Assembly (NCBI GenBank): GCA_034780895.1
Contig: JAUZTB010000017.1
Span: forward strand, 18,691,968 to 18,755,967
DNA length: 64,000 nucleotides
Reading direction: 5' to 3'
Source of the DNA: Rhynchobatus australiae
Taxonomy: Eukaryota
The notes under the pieces were generated by a model, which had not been told where the DNA came from, made no database searches, and worked only from the letters and a program-made list of their open reading frames with translations. How positions within the stretch are numbered: position 1 is the first letter of the stretch; the number at the start of each line of letters is the position of its first letter. Below, piece after piece: positions 38,714 to 52,232 of the stretch. Made by a program: the position numbers and the translations under genes.

Positions 38714-39691
38714 CAAAAACCACAGCTGGAGGAATTCAGCGGGTCAGCCAGCATCTGTGGAGTCAAAGGGATAGTTGACGTTTTGGTTTGGGACCCTGCA
38801 TGAGGACTGAGAATCTAGAGGGGATATAGCCAGTATAAAGAGGTGAGAAGGAGGAGGGAGACAGGGGCTGAGAGGTGATAGGTGGGACCAGATGTGGAGG
38901 GGGATGATGGGCAATGAAGCCAGGTGGGGGAGGGATAGGTGGAGGTTAAGACAGACACCAAAAGGTGATAAGTGTATATACAAGAGGCCACAGATGCTGG
39001 AATATGGCAAGTAAGGAAGGTGATAAGTGGAACCAGACAAAGGAGGGATGATGGGCAGATGACACCAGTTGGGAGAGGTGAAAGGAGACTCGGTAGGTTC
39101 AGTGTGTGGGTGATAGGCAGATGGAACCAGGTTGGGGTGGAAAACGGAGCTGGGCAACCTGAGGGGGGGGGGGGGTGGTTTGCTGGGAGTGGGTTGGAAA
39201 CCTGGGTGAAATGAGAAAGGAGTACGGTGGGTGCAGGTTACTTATCACTTTCCTTGCTTATCAGATTCCAGCATCTGAAGACACAAGAGAGTGCAGATGC
39301 AGCTTCTTGGGTCTGCACATCACCTTCCAGCCTCTGTCTCTGCCTCCACCTGGCTGCATCTGCCCCCTTTCTTTTCTCTCTCCTTATCTCTCTCTACCTA
39401 TCACCCACCAGGTGCTGTCTCCCAATTTCTCCTCCTCCCTCTCCCCCACCTGGCTCCATCTGCTCACCATCCCCCTTCTCATCTTGTTCCACCTTTCACC
39501 CACCAGCCCATCTCACCCCAACGTCTCACCCCTTTATACTGGCTATTTCCCCTCTACACTCTCAGTCCTGATGTGGGGTCTTGACCCGAAACATTGACTA
39601 TCCCTTTGTCTCCACAGATACTGCCCAACTCACTGAGTTCCTCCAACATTTTCTTTGCTCCAGAGTACAGGATCTGCAGTCTTTTGTATCA
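38714..39691. mobile_element. About 1-kb inverted pair of Penelope pseudo-LTRs (non-coding)
   Basis: Purine-rich left arm and complementary pyrimidine-rich right arm. Hammerhead-like motifs at 38773-38808 (-) and 39564-39599 (+). Flanks CCATACAGAAAATGGAG / CCATACTGTAAATAGAG. Confidence 0.8.
39564..39599 (+). ncRNA. Minimal type I hammerhead ribozyme-like motif (degenerate)
   Basis: AGTC-CTGATGT-GGGG-TCTTGA-CCC-GAAA-CA-TT-GACT, with stem I AGTC/GACT. A9>U and CG>CA changes. Confidence 0.55.
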
Positions 39692-41454
39692 CCATACTGT
39701 AAATAGAGTTGTGACAACACCACCCAGGCATTGAAATGAAGGTGGGGCATATGACTCACAGGAACCTAATGTACACCACCAAAATTAATTTACTCAGAAA
39801 ACAAAGTCCACTTAAAGAGTGGTGTAAACAGAAACTTCAAAATTTCTCCTCATAAGGGTGTAATTTCTAAAAAAATGCAGTAAGTGGAAGATAGCTAAAT
39901 ACAAATCATATGCATAAAATTAACCTCTGTCACTTACAGGTGTATGGTCCCGAGCCTAATTGACAGGGGAATTATCCTATCATTACCACTTTGTCTGGCT
40001 ATAGCATTGTCACTATATACAGGCTATTGTTAAAAGAACTCTTCCATTATAGAAATGAGTTTGTTGTTTCAGATTCCAGCATCTGCAGTCTCTTGTGTCT
40101 CCATAGAAATTAGTTGTCTGATTAAGAGTAGTAGTGGATCTATATGTAAACCAACAATAACTCTGGATTTATTTTTTCTAATAATGATTAAAAACATCTC
40201 CAATGAGATAAAGGATCATTCACAATAAGTATTAAACAACTGAGTTCAGAATCAAAGCTCCTATGGACTGCCACTCCAAAGGTCAAAGACTTACAATTGG
40301 ATTTGCTCCCTCGTGTCCTTTCTGCTGAACTGTTTTTCCAGACTGTTGCACCATTGGAAAAACTTAACAAATGCCTTCATTAGAAAATGTTCCACCTACA
40401 CCATCTCCTTGGATAAATTCACTATTCACTGACTTGACCCTCTCAACCAATCCAATTTATTTCTCAGTGAATCCATATCCACTTGTCAGAACATTAATAC
40501 TGCACAAGATTCCAGGATCCAATTTCACCATCTAATTTCAGAATTTAATACTTCAATAAGACTGCTTTGGGGTCTCCACTTTTCTGATTTAAACACCTCT
40601 ACTGCCTGCAATGGCTCATTCCTATCAATTTTTTTGCCATTTTTTGCCATCCCAAAACATCATTATCCCAATGATATTGTGTCCATATCTGTGTATAATC
40701 GTCACAACTGAAATATTCTTTGAACTGCAGACAAAATTCCTATTTGCTATTTGTAAACTGTGCTAATGGTGTAAAAGGCATGTTTCACTCACGGCCCAAA
40801 TTCCTCAATTTTCTGTTGATTTACTATCACCAGTACTGACCCAAAAAATTAACCAATATAAATCATCATTCTGAGAGGCCGATCTGATTCTTCCAGTCTT
40901 AACTCCATTTACTGGGGTGCTCCACCTAGTGGCCCAGCCAAGAATAACAAGTGAAAAGAAAATGCAAACTCAAGATGTCAAAATCTTTGCTGGTATGGCT
41001 ATCACACGGGCCCATGTACAACAAAATGCAAAAGCCCAATAATGAAGAAGATCTTCCTTTTAAGAAGGGGTAACATTTTCATGGATATCAGACTCAGCAT
41101 ACAATTGTAATTAGGGTTGGTTCTGGTTAATGATCATTTGCCTGAAATGTTCACTGATTCCATATCCACAGATGCTTCTTGCCCCGTTGAATATTCCCAG
41201 CATTTTAAAAAATTTTATGTAGCAAGTCTGTATGTAAATTTAATAAGTACCATTATCATTTAAATAGGATATTCCATGATTTCTGGTCACTTGGAATTTC
41301 ATGCATATGGATCTCATCAGCGGAGAGAGACTTCTCTCACACTGCTTGCAACACTTTAAAAATAATGGACTTCTCATGTAAAGTTCTAAAAAATATAAAA
41401 AAACTATTTCGAGTGTTATTTTTAAATTTGTCTAGTAAGAAAATAAGAAAAAGG

Positions 41455-42250
41455 CTACAGTGCCCATCAAGGGCTATTCCATAATTCAAATAAATCATGG
41501 TTCCAAATTCTCTAGATGGAGGAAACATCCTTTCGGCATCAACTATGTCAAGGCCTGCAAGACAGCTCTATGTTTCAATGAATTGCCTCTTACCGTCTTG
41601 AACTCTGGAGAATAAAGTCCTATTTTACCAAGTGAGTGAACTTTTCTAACACCTCTCAGGCATAATTACTCTTCCTTAGGAATGGAGAAATTCCTAATGC
41701 AGGTAATGCAGAGCTACCATATAACTGTATCCATACTCTTATAACCCAACCCCTTCAATAAAAGCTAACATAGCTTTTGCCTTCTGAATTACTTGCTGTA
41801 CCTGCATGTTAACACTTTGTGATTTACATACAAGAACATTCAAAACCCTCTGAATATCAACATTTACTGGTGTCTCACTGTTTAAGAGTATTCTGCTTTT
41901 TCACTCTTCCTACTAAAATAAGCAATTTCACACTTCAACACATTTAACTCCACCTGCCACCTCTTGGTCAATCAAATCATTCAACCAATCTATATCACTC
42001 TCCAGAATTTACTTTCCTACTTGTTAGCAAAAGCAGTAAACTTGTCAGTATTACACCTGGCTCCCTCAGATTTTCACATCAAATCACCATGACAACCCAA
42101 AAATGACCCAATTATTCAAATGCTATTTTGTTTAACTGATTCACACTTCATACTGACATATTTTCTCCAATCACATGCTAATTTTTTGTAATATCTTATT
42201 GCATACCTTCTGAAAATCCCAATAAACTTTCAGTGCTTTTCCCCTTATAT
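41455..42250 (-). mobile_element. Highly decayed CR1-like LINE
   Basis: aataaaagctaacatagcttttgccttctgaattacttgctgtacctgcatg parallels the copy at about 8795-8850. Confidence 0.7.
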
Positions 42251-43414
42251 GTCAGCCATAGTCTTTTTCATAAGACAGTATTGATCATGCCTCCTGAGTT
42301 ATTCTCTCCATCTTGATGTATTGTAATACCTGTACTCAGACTTCAGCTCAATAACTGATCAAAAGCACCTCTAATTGCAGATAGTTACTGTGGATGTTGT
42401 TGCCCAGGGATTCAAGAAAAGCTCCCACAAGTTGCAGATGTGGCACACTCCTACACTGTAATCCATGTCAAATCTGCTTTAACACATTAATTAAATAATA
42501 TAATTAGTTATCTTATTTTTAGAGGGTTTTTAAAATAATTTAACTGGTTTCTTTGCTACTTTGATTAAGTATTAGTCATATTCCAAATTTCAAGCTTACA
42601 AAAATCACTACAAAATTGAAACCCTTCTTCCCTTTCTTTACTGAATTCAGTCCACACTGGAATCTATCATCAGATAAAACCTACTAGAACATGACTAAAG
42701 AAACAGAGCACAGGGGAAAGAATTTCAGTTCTTATCATTAAGAATGATGGCCTGTTTTAAAAAGGAAATGCAACTAATTGGCAACTTAATATCATAATAA
42801 CTTTCTAGTGCTAACTCTGGGCAGTATCTCCAAACAGCTAAGACAAGGCCTGGCCTCCATCTGGATCTAGATCAGTCCATCCCACCTTCTTATCTCCAAA
42901 GAGATTTGGACAGGCTGCTGCTGAAATTTTCTCACTCTGGCAATAGAATTTGCTGAAAGGTTGTGCTTGCTGGAAGCAATTCATATGAGTAAAAAAATTC
43001 TCAAACAATAATACATCTACTAACTTAAATTTATTCATTATTTAGTACCCAGTCCCCAGATCAAGTTTAAATCAACTTTCTGCTAACAAATTATAATAAA
43101 AACGAATGTGAACTTTAGTGTACTAAATTCTAACTATTATTATATCTTACATAACCATTATCTTCAACACAGATTTATATTTTCCCTCTGTTCTCAAGGA
43201 AATCTGTTTCCAAACCTAACTCCTTCCTTTATATCCTACCTTATCTTTCCTCCCGTTGCACCATAATTTCCCCTCACATAATACAAAATATCCTAGAGCT
43301 GGTGAGAGAAACCGACCTCTGCAAATGATCACCCAGAAGACCTTGAATGGGGACGTACCCAGTCCAGACACAACTTCTTGATAACTACTGTCTGCAAAGT
43401 CCTCATGCAAAAAA

Positions 43415-43830
43415 AAACTTGCTTTTATATAGTGCTTTCACAACCTCAGGATGCCTAAAAGTACTCTACATTTGAAATACACTTTCCGGCAATAACTACT
43501 GTATTACTGCAAACATGGCACACAATTTATACACAGCAAGATTCCTTAAACAATAATGAGATAAATGCACAGACAATGTTTTAGGAGGCACAAATGTTTT
43601 AGGATTGGTTAAGACATAAATATTGGCCAAGTTACTGAGAAGAGTTTGAAGATAAATAGTACTGAGAATCTTTTACTTATGCCTGAATACGAGAAAGGAC
43701 CTCAATTTCATATTTCATCTGACAGATGGAATCCAGCACTGTGCTGTGCTGAAATACCAGCCTAGGTCATGTGCTCATGTTTCTAGAAAGGACTTGAATC
43801 AACAACTTTTGAATCAATGCTCCCTCACAG
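43415..43830 (-). mobile_element. Near full-length decayed Deu-domain SINE
   Basis: Reverse tail acttgcttttatatagtgctttcacaacctcaggatg, core ctcaatttcatatttcatctgacagatgg, and tRNA-like head gggacttgaatc. Confidence 0.7.
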
Positions 43831-44301
43831 TGCTCCCAGATATGCCACGGAAAATGTATGTACACCCACTTCTCTATGCCTAATGCTGCTACAATAAATT
43901 GGTACTATGAAAAAAGATGTAACCAGAATGTATACTGAAAAATTTGATGGGAATAAATGCAACTCCATTTGATAATTTTTATGATCGTTACCTACTGCCT
44001 TTGTGACTGACACACAACAAACATGGGGAAAAAGAAAACTGTTAGATGGGATCTCTACCTCTACAACGGAAGAAGAAATGCCTTCTGAAAAGTGCAATGG
44101 AAGACTGTTGAACAGCTTGCATTCAAAAAGCATTCCACATATCGGAAACCACTAGCTAATTTATTATTGCACAATTTCTATTGGCAATCTCACAGTGTAT
44201 AATTGAAACAACACAAAGATTAACTCTGAAGCCAAGAGTATTCATTCTATTCTTTCGGAAATTTAAATGTAAATTTATTTAACTAGACTGCGGTATCAGT
44301 T

Positions 44302-44355
44302 AAACACCCAGTATTCTGCAAACACCCAGCATTCCGCTAACATACAGCATCCCGT
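44302..44355. repeat. 18-bp minisatellite, 3 diverged copies
   Basis: aaacacccagtattctgc / aaacacccagcattccgc / taacatacagcatcccgt. Confidence 0.8.
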
Positions 44356-46808
44356 GATGTGACATTGCAGCAATTAGCTAAACTGAAAGCAACCTTCCAA
44401 ATCAAAAGATGCAACAACCTTTCCAGTTAGTAATTAGCTGATCACACCTAGGCAGCAGTACATATTCTCTGACTGAAGTCTAGCAAAAAAATAAGGACTC
44501 TTAGCAAGGGGGACATTTTTGAATGCATGTCTGCATTCAAATTGATATATATGCAGTGAATAAAGGCAGTTCACTCCAGCTCATGTCAATCCATGGGGAA
44601 TTCAAGCTGTAAATACTTATAGTTTATTGAGGGATATGACATCTGGTCCAATAAGCATTTACTTCAGGATACTGGCAGTATAACACAGCTTTTGTCAGGA
44701 AATCATAATTTGTTCAATTTACTTATCTTTAACAGAGAACAATAGTAAATATCCAACATTTATCATTTCCTGATGCATTTGATCTGCATGATGATTATGG
44801 ATCACTTATACAAAGTTCTGCACTCAAATAATGTGCTTCCAATGCAGCCTGTGGTATTTCAAAAACCATTAAGAGTCTTCCCAACAATATATATAATGTC
44901 CATTAGATTGTAAGTTTTCACTTCACTGCTAGATAAAAGGAGAGGGAACAAAGATGCTGTGGTGCATGTTTACATAACTTCAACCCCACAGATCCACAGT
45001 CCTTGTTAGGCTGGCTTGTGTATCCACGTGCCCANNNNNNNNNNNNNNNNNNNNNNNNNNNNNNNNNNNNNNNNNNNNNNNNNNNNNNNNNNNNNNNNNN
45101 NNNNNNNNNNNNNNNNNNNNNNNNNNNNNNNNNNNNNNNNNNNNNNNNNNNNNNNNNNNNNNNNNNNNNNNNNNNNNNNNNNNNNNNNNNNNNNNNNNNN
45201 NNNNNNNNNNNNNNNNNNNNNNNNNNNNNNNNNNNNNNNNNNNNNNNNNNNNNNNNNNNNNNNNNNNNNNNNNNNNNNNNNNNNNNNNNNNNNNNNNNNN
45301 NNNNNNNNNNNNNNNNNNNNNNNNNNNNNNNNNNNNNNNNNNNNNNNNNNNNNNNNNNCTGAATAGTGTTATGCATTCATAAATCATAAGCTATGTTGAT
45401 TTGCATGCCCCTGAGATTATGCTGCATTTGATATTGACTGGGGGGTAGTTGATGGAAATGTGAGAAGCATAGGTAATATGGAAAATTACTGGGGAATGGG
45501 ATTGCTCTGTGACCTGGCATAGACTCAAAGGGTAGAAATGGTCTCATTGTATGCCCTAAGCAAATGTAGCCAATAAGGTTGTGCAAGCAGAATGCTATAC
45601 TTCCATATTGCTAGAACTCTATTGCAGGCCCCTGGGTGTCTCCACATATACCCACATGTAAAAAGCACATTGTACTATACACCAAGAAGTCTAGATTTGT
45701 ACCATATAATCCATGTGATTAGCTAATAACGGTCTTACTGTACTTGAATCTGAGCTGAAGAAAGAACTGCATTCCATTCTTCTTTCAACACACATGGCTG
45801 ACAGTAAGCAGCTTTTGCTGTTCAACCTCTTGTTCCCACAAGCAGGAATTGTAACAGAATTATTCCCTGGGAGCATTGTACTAACTCTGGAGGTCAAATA
45901 ATTACTAACGATTTTCCAATTCCAAAAGTATATAAACAAAAAAACTGCTGTGCTATTATGAAAAGTACTGTTGATTAAAATAAGTACATCACAATAAACT
46001 ATCCCGCAGTGGTAGAAAACCCTGGAGTTTCTCTAATATATTACAAAACCTAGACAGGATTCCAAAAAAGCTTAAGTATATCCAGGATACACAGGAAACT
46101 TCTGACATGAAAAAAATCCCAGTACTTAAATCTAAACAAGGCAATTTACCTCACTTATTCCACCTTGATCCTACCAAGCATTATTGCAACTTGTAATGCC
46201 TACTCTTCCACAATAATTGGTTGCATTATCATTATGCAAATTAGAGGGGTGCACGAGAGTTACTTCGCATGCTCAAAAACTAACTGGATTTTTAAGACAG
46301 TAATGACAATATTTAGATACGTATTAGCTTAATCTAAAGTGAAAGATAATTGAAGTAGACCCTAAATTCAAAGTGCATATCTAATATCACACACTTGGGC
46401 CTTTTCAATAAAATTGGGATTTTTTTTGGTCCCATGTTTAGAACCAGTTAAAGAGTACTGTAGGGATTTTTCATCACATAGTTTAAGTCTGAAAGAAACA
46501 ATACCTCACAAAGAAGATCTGGGCAATTCTCAAAATACCTAAAGCAGAAGAGAGTACACAACATATCAAATTGTTTAAAGTGTTGTTGAGGTTGCCATGC
46601 TAAAAATGAATGCAAGTTACAAAATTCCTAATCAGAGGACAATAAGAGTAAGATTGACATAAAGCACCAAGACTTAGCTGCTAGTCTGAAATGACTGTCA
46701 TTTAACAATTCTGCCTCACTTTTTTATCCTGTATACCTGAGTTTGAATCACAGAGGGTGTTAATAAAGTATTCCCAAATTTACATCATTAAAATCAGTTT
46801 TATTAGCA

Positions 46809-47063
46809 GGGGCAGCACAATAGCATAGCAGTTAGCGTGATGCTGTTACAGCGCCAGTGACTGGGGTTCAATTCCTGTAGCTGTCTGTAAGGAGTTTGCA
46901 CGTTCTCCCATGTTTGCGCTGGTTTCCTCCGGGTGCTCCGGTTTCTTCCCACATTCCAAAGAAGTACGGGTAGGTTAACATGGGTTTAAAAAATGGGTGG
47001 CACGGACTCATTGGGCCGGAAGGGCCTGTTACCATGCTGTAAATAAAATAAATAAAATAAAAT
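46809..47063 (+). mobile_element. tRNA-derived V-SINE (HE1-like) with CR1-type tail
   Basis: Same head and V core as the 25731 copy; tail tgggccggaagggcctgttaccatgctgt followed by (aaata)n. Confidence 0.9.
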
Positions 47064-47179
47064 AGCACAATAACATAAAAGGGAATCATTTTAATAAAAG
47101 GAATACAGCAAACCAATGGAAAAGTTTGAAGTGGAGAAGAACTTAATTTGAGACTTCCTTCAGCTAAGATAATAGAAAA

Positions 47180-47970
47180 GAGTCAGAGTTGTACAATATA
47201 GAAACAGGCCCTTTGGCACATCGTGTCTATGCCAACCAGCAAGCCTGTCTATACTAATCACACTTGTCTGCATTAATTCCATATCCTTCTATGCCCTGTT
47301 CATTCAAGTACCTGTCAAGATGCTTCTTAAATGTTGATGCTGTTCCTGTCTCCATCATTTCTCTGCAGCTCATTCCAGAAGCCAACTTCTCTTTGTGTGA
47401 AAAATGTATCTCTCAGATCTCCTTTAAACCTCCTCTCTCTCACCTCTAGTTTTAGACCCTGCCACTACTGGCTGTCTACCCTATCTGTGCTTCTCATACT
47501 TTTATATACTTCTGTCATGTCATCTCCTGCACTCCACAGACCCAGCCTACCCAATCTCTCCTGATAACTCAACCCTTCCAATCTGGATAACATTCTTGTG
47601 AACCTTTGCTGCACCCTTTCCAGCTTAATCACATCCTTCCTATACCAGAACTGCACACAATAATCCAAGTGCGGCCTAACCAACTTTTGATACAACTGTA
47701 ACATAACGTCCCAACTCTTGCACTCAATGTCTTGGCTGATGAAGGCAAGCATGCTATACACCTTCCTCACCACCCTGTCTACCCGTGTTCCCATTTTCAG
47801 GGAACCTTGTATTTGTATTCCAGGGTCACTCTGTTCAACAACACTTCCCAGAGCCTTCCATTCACTGTGTATGTCATGCCCTGGTTTAACTTTCCAAAAT
47901 GCATCACTTAGCACTTGTCTGAGTTAGATTCCATCTGCCATGCTCTTGCCCACTTCCCAGTTGATCCATA
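47180..47970 (-). mobile_element. CR1/HER1-like LINE 3' fragment
   Basis: ORF 47465-47914 RVDRVVRKVYSMLAFISQDIECKSWDVMLQLYQKLVRPHLDYCVQFW. Confidence 0.92.
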
Positions 47971-48049
47971 CATACTGCTTATGAAGTTGTCGCCTATAAA
48001 CTAGGAGAATAAACACAGATTTGAGGCTACCATACATGATCCCACGTTT

Positions 48050-48545
48050 TTAGTCATCTGCCAATTTAACTCTCAATCCCATTCCCGCTCTGGCTTCTCT
48101 TCAATGGCATAATGCACTATTCTAACAAGGCTCAATAAAAGCAGCACCTATTCTTCCAAACAGACCTGTAGCCTTCAAACTCAACATTAGAGTTTAACAA
48201 GATTAAATAATCAGTATTTCCAATATTTTATTTCTGCTTTCCTCATTTGCACCTCCCTGAGAATGATGTTTGTTCCAATGCTCATTCATTATCCCACTCC
48301 TTCAATTTGCAATCTCAAAATGTTTGTCATTGACCTCTCTTGTCAACAACTCAACATTGACCTTTCCTTTTGTTTTCTCCTCTCTTACGCTCCACCCCCC
48401 AACACCCAGCTTTCTCTGCAATGCCAAATATCTGTTTATTTCCAGCTTTTTGCCCACTTCTACTGCAAGATTACCTACATGAAACATTAACTCTGTTCAA
48501 CTCTTCATGGATGGTGCCCAACTTGTTGAACACTTCAAATTATCC
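48050..48545 (+). mobile_element. Decayed Penelope-like 3' end
   Basis: agcagcacctattcttcc...ctcaacattagagtttaacaa parallels 27920-27990; degenerate pseudo-LTR end tgaaacattaactctgtt. Confidence 0.55.
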
Positions 48546-49629
48546 TATTTCCATAGTGACTTACTTTCATATGAACTCTCACTTTAGTCCAACATTAACA
48601 CTGATTTTGGTTTTCAATTACTTTTCAAATATAGAGCAAACACATTCTTTTGGAAATATACTGTTGGTATTGCAAATATATATAGTTGTTTCAGACACCT
48701 AACCCACAGTGCAACCCCTTTCACATTGCTGCTAAGCTCAGTGTACCGAGTTTAGCACAATTTCAATTTCTTTCTAAGGCTTACAGAAAACCAAACAGTT
48801 CTATCATTGCCAGTTATGGTGGCTAGTCCTCCAGAATGAGACATACTGTTAAATTATTGGAATAGTAATTATATCTGGAGGCATTAGTTGACCTGTTGAT
48901 GATTAAAAACATTATTGCAATTAATCCCCCTTTTTCTCTTTCCTTTCCTGAGGATAGATTGGTGGGGTGAAGTCCACAGCAACCTAGATAGTTTGGGGGG
49001 AAAGGCAAGAAGGGGGTAAGGGATTGAGGGGATTAGCAAAATCTGATGTCCAAGGCAACAAAATGATGCAATAGGCATCAAAAGGAATATGCCTGGACAA
49101 ATACAGCCAACAAGCAGTATTGAGAACAACAATCTTTCTTTCCCCACTTGCTCACAAGATTAATGAAGAACCCAGAGACATGTTCTGCAGACCACATATA
49201 AGGAGCATCAAACAGCAGGTGAAAAAACACTGGTTTTGGAAGTGCTTCTATATAATGCAATATACCACATCATGCAACATAGAAATACTTCAGTAAGATT
49301 CAATGAACAACTAAAAAGACTACTAGTTGTAAAGCAGAAAGTTATAATTTTGTATATGCTTGGAACTTAGAATTTCTGGGCTTATAATGTCCTCACTGAC
49401 TCATAGGAATCTGCAGCCCATGATATACAGTAAATGCAATATGTGATGGAGCCTGGTTACCTAACCCAGTGGGTTCTCTTTAGATGTCAGATTCAAGTTA
49501 GAATTTCTTTGGTAATTAAACTAAGTTCTAGGCTTTTGTAGGGTTCCGAAAGACCATGATCAGGTCGGGTTTTAATTTTATACCCGAGTAGACCTCTCAT
49601 ATGCAACATACCAGATCTAATTTTCTGGC

Positions 49630-50415
49630 ATTCTTCTTCTTAGATGTCCCTTAGGGTTGAAAATGACTTATTTCAGCTCATGTTCAGGATGAAACCAATG
49701 CAGAAGTGGGGCAGGACAGGATGTTTGATTGGACAGTTGGTGGATAGCTTGGGTACTCCTTCCACAGATTACACCAGGCTTCTGTGTTCTTAATGCCATC
49801 CAGAAAGCTCTTTCTATATTTGAGTGGCCATGGGCTGGGGATTTCTATGAGTCAGTAAGGACATTTCACATGTTCAAGACAATGTCAAGAACACCTCTTT
49901 AGTTTTTTCTTCTGTGCACCTGGCAATATTTTGCCATGAATGAACTCAGAATAGTGTGTCAGGAATCCGGTGTCAGGCATGCGAATGGTGTGAGCTGCAC
50001 ACTGAATGTAATTAGCTCCTCAGTGCTGGGATAGGATGCTGATGTTGGTTTACTTATCTTCCCTGCACTTTACGCTACCTACTGTGGGTAGTCCACAGCT
50101 CAGAAGCATACAGGAACATGGGATTACTGCTAACAGATCATGAGCTTGGTATGAATTTGAGGTCTTGATTTACATTCTTTTTCTCTGAGCTGGCACATTG
50201 AAGGCAATAGTGAATTTCATCATCAACATTTGCCTTTATTGAGAAATGGCTCCCAAGATGTCACACCTTCCAGGGTCTCCTTATGGAACTTCATTGTGGG
50301 GAAGTTGTTGTACAAAGGGGGCACGTTCATAGAGGACCTTTGCTGCAGGAATGTTAAGTGACAGTCCCATTCTCCCATATACTTCAGTGAACAAGCTGAC
50401 AATGAATTGGAGATA
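49630..50415 (-). mobile_element. RTE-clade LINE 3' fragment
   Basis: Minus strand gives degenerate IRMPDT...SEFIHGKILPGAQKK..., typical of the RTE/BovB RT C-terminus; short (gaa)n tail. Confidence 0.7.
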
Positions 50416-50759
50416 AAATTTTAGCATGGATATAAAAGAAAAATAATCAAAGAAAATCTAATGAGGTTTTAGACATATATCACATTTATTGTCATATGCA
50501 CAAGTACGGTGAGGTACAAATACAGTGAAAAACTTGGTTGTAGCAGCATCACAGACACATAGGTTCAGACTGCATAAATTATACTAGACAGTGAAAAATT
50601 AATTAATTTGTGCAAAAAAAAATCAGNNNNNNNNNATGAGGGTGCAACACTCATGGTAATGCAAAAGCAAGGAGATAACTGAGGAAGAAGGGTCCATCAT
50701 GGACCAAAAATACAACCAACATGTGGAGGTGGCAAATGTTGGTTAGATTCTCAATGAGT

Positions 50760-52232
50760 ACTCTGCGATGCTGTTTCACAAAATTGGGAGGGGGAGCCAA
50801 TGTTGTAGTTAAGGAGGAAGATTGTGACTTATTGCAAAAGATGATATGCATAAGAGAGAAAATATTAAAGCAAGTTTTGAAGTGGATAAATTGTCAGCCT
50901 TAAATGAAATTAAGCCTCAGGTTTTAAAAGAAGCAAGGGAGGAAATTGCAGAGGCTCTGGTCATTATCCAGCTCTTCCTGGCTACAGGAGTAATGCCAGA
51001 AGACTAGAGGATTGCTGATTTTGCACTGCTGTTTAAGAGAGGCTGGGAGAAATGAGTAATTATGGGCCTGTTAATTTAACTTTAATAAAGGGTAATTTAT
51101 TGGAATCAATTCTGAAGGACAATAATCAACCATCAGTTGGAAAGGTACAGATTTAATAAGAACAGATAGAGATTGGATTGGGGAACTTGTTTAACTAACT
51201 TGAATTTTTTGAGGAGGAAACATAGGTGGTCAATAAGGGTGGTATATTTGATGTGGTCAAAATGGATTTTAGCGAGGCTTTTGACAACATTTCATGTGGC
51301 AGGCAGGGCAAAGAAAAGAAAAAGCCCATGGAATCAAAGGGAATGTGGCAAATTGGATCCAAAACTGGCTTAGTGGCAGGAAACAGAGGATAACAACTGA
51401 CAAGTACCACTGTGATTGGAAAACAATTTCCAGTGGTGTTCTACAGAGTTCAGCAGTCCCTTGGTGCATGTAATATACATTAATGAATTAGACTTAAATG
51501 TATGGGACATGATAAAAGTATGCAGATGATACAAAAACTGCCTCTATGACTAGCAGTGAGGAGCACAAATCTAGACTGCACATGTACTTCTTTCATTTCA
51601 ACAATACATTTTCTTCATTCTATATACAGCAAGTACCTTTGATTTCTGTCTTTCTCTACATTCAGTATATCATCAATGAAATACATTTTCTTACAATGCA
51701 TCAGTGCCACTCACATGTGCTCCTTTAACAACGCATCCATGGAGCGTCTGAGGGGCTGGTACACTCAGTGTCAGTGTCCAGTGGCTGTAGGTCTCTATAG
51801 AGTGTGGTCTTTCCCAAAAAAGTCTTAGTGGTGGTTGCACTGGAGAGGATTCGGAAGAGATTTGAGGATGTTGTCAGGACTGCAAAATGTCAATAATGAG
51901 TAAAAATGAGGCAAGGTTGATTTCTTCAGGAAAAAGAGTAGCCCGAGCGGGATTTAGTTGAGGGGCCTATAGAATAGGAAGGACCAATTTATAGATTTAA
52001 ATTAATTGGTACCAGGATTAGAGGGGAGATGATGAAATTCTTTTCCACTTGAAGGGTAGGAGGAGTCCGGAATACACTGCCCGATAGTAGAGGCAGATAC
52101 CTTTGTCACACTTGAAAAAGCACCTGGATGTGTGCTTGAAGAGCCCCAACCTCTACAGCTATGGAGTTAATGATGCAAGATGGGGGTAGGTGACGTGGCT
52201 CTCTTTTAGCTGGCATGAATATGATGGGCCAA
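50760..52232 (+). mobile_element. Decayed CR1-like LINE RT region, interrupted by a foreign segment at about 51582-51840
   Basis: PED*RIA...LFK, NYGPVNLT, DFSEAFD and KYADDTK motifs, followed by a CR1 3' tail. Confidence 0.85.

Noticed and set aside
38744-39597. Several overlapping 80-140 aa ORFs
   Set aside because: They arise from the low-complexity purine/pyrimidine bias of the inverted repeat element.
44918-45387. Long ORFs spanning N runs here and at other gaps
   Set aside because: They are artefacts of translating assembly gaps.
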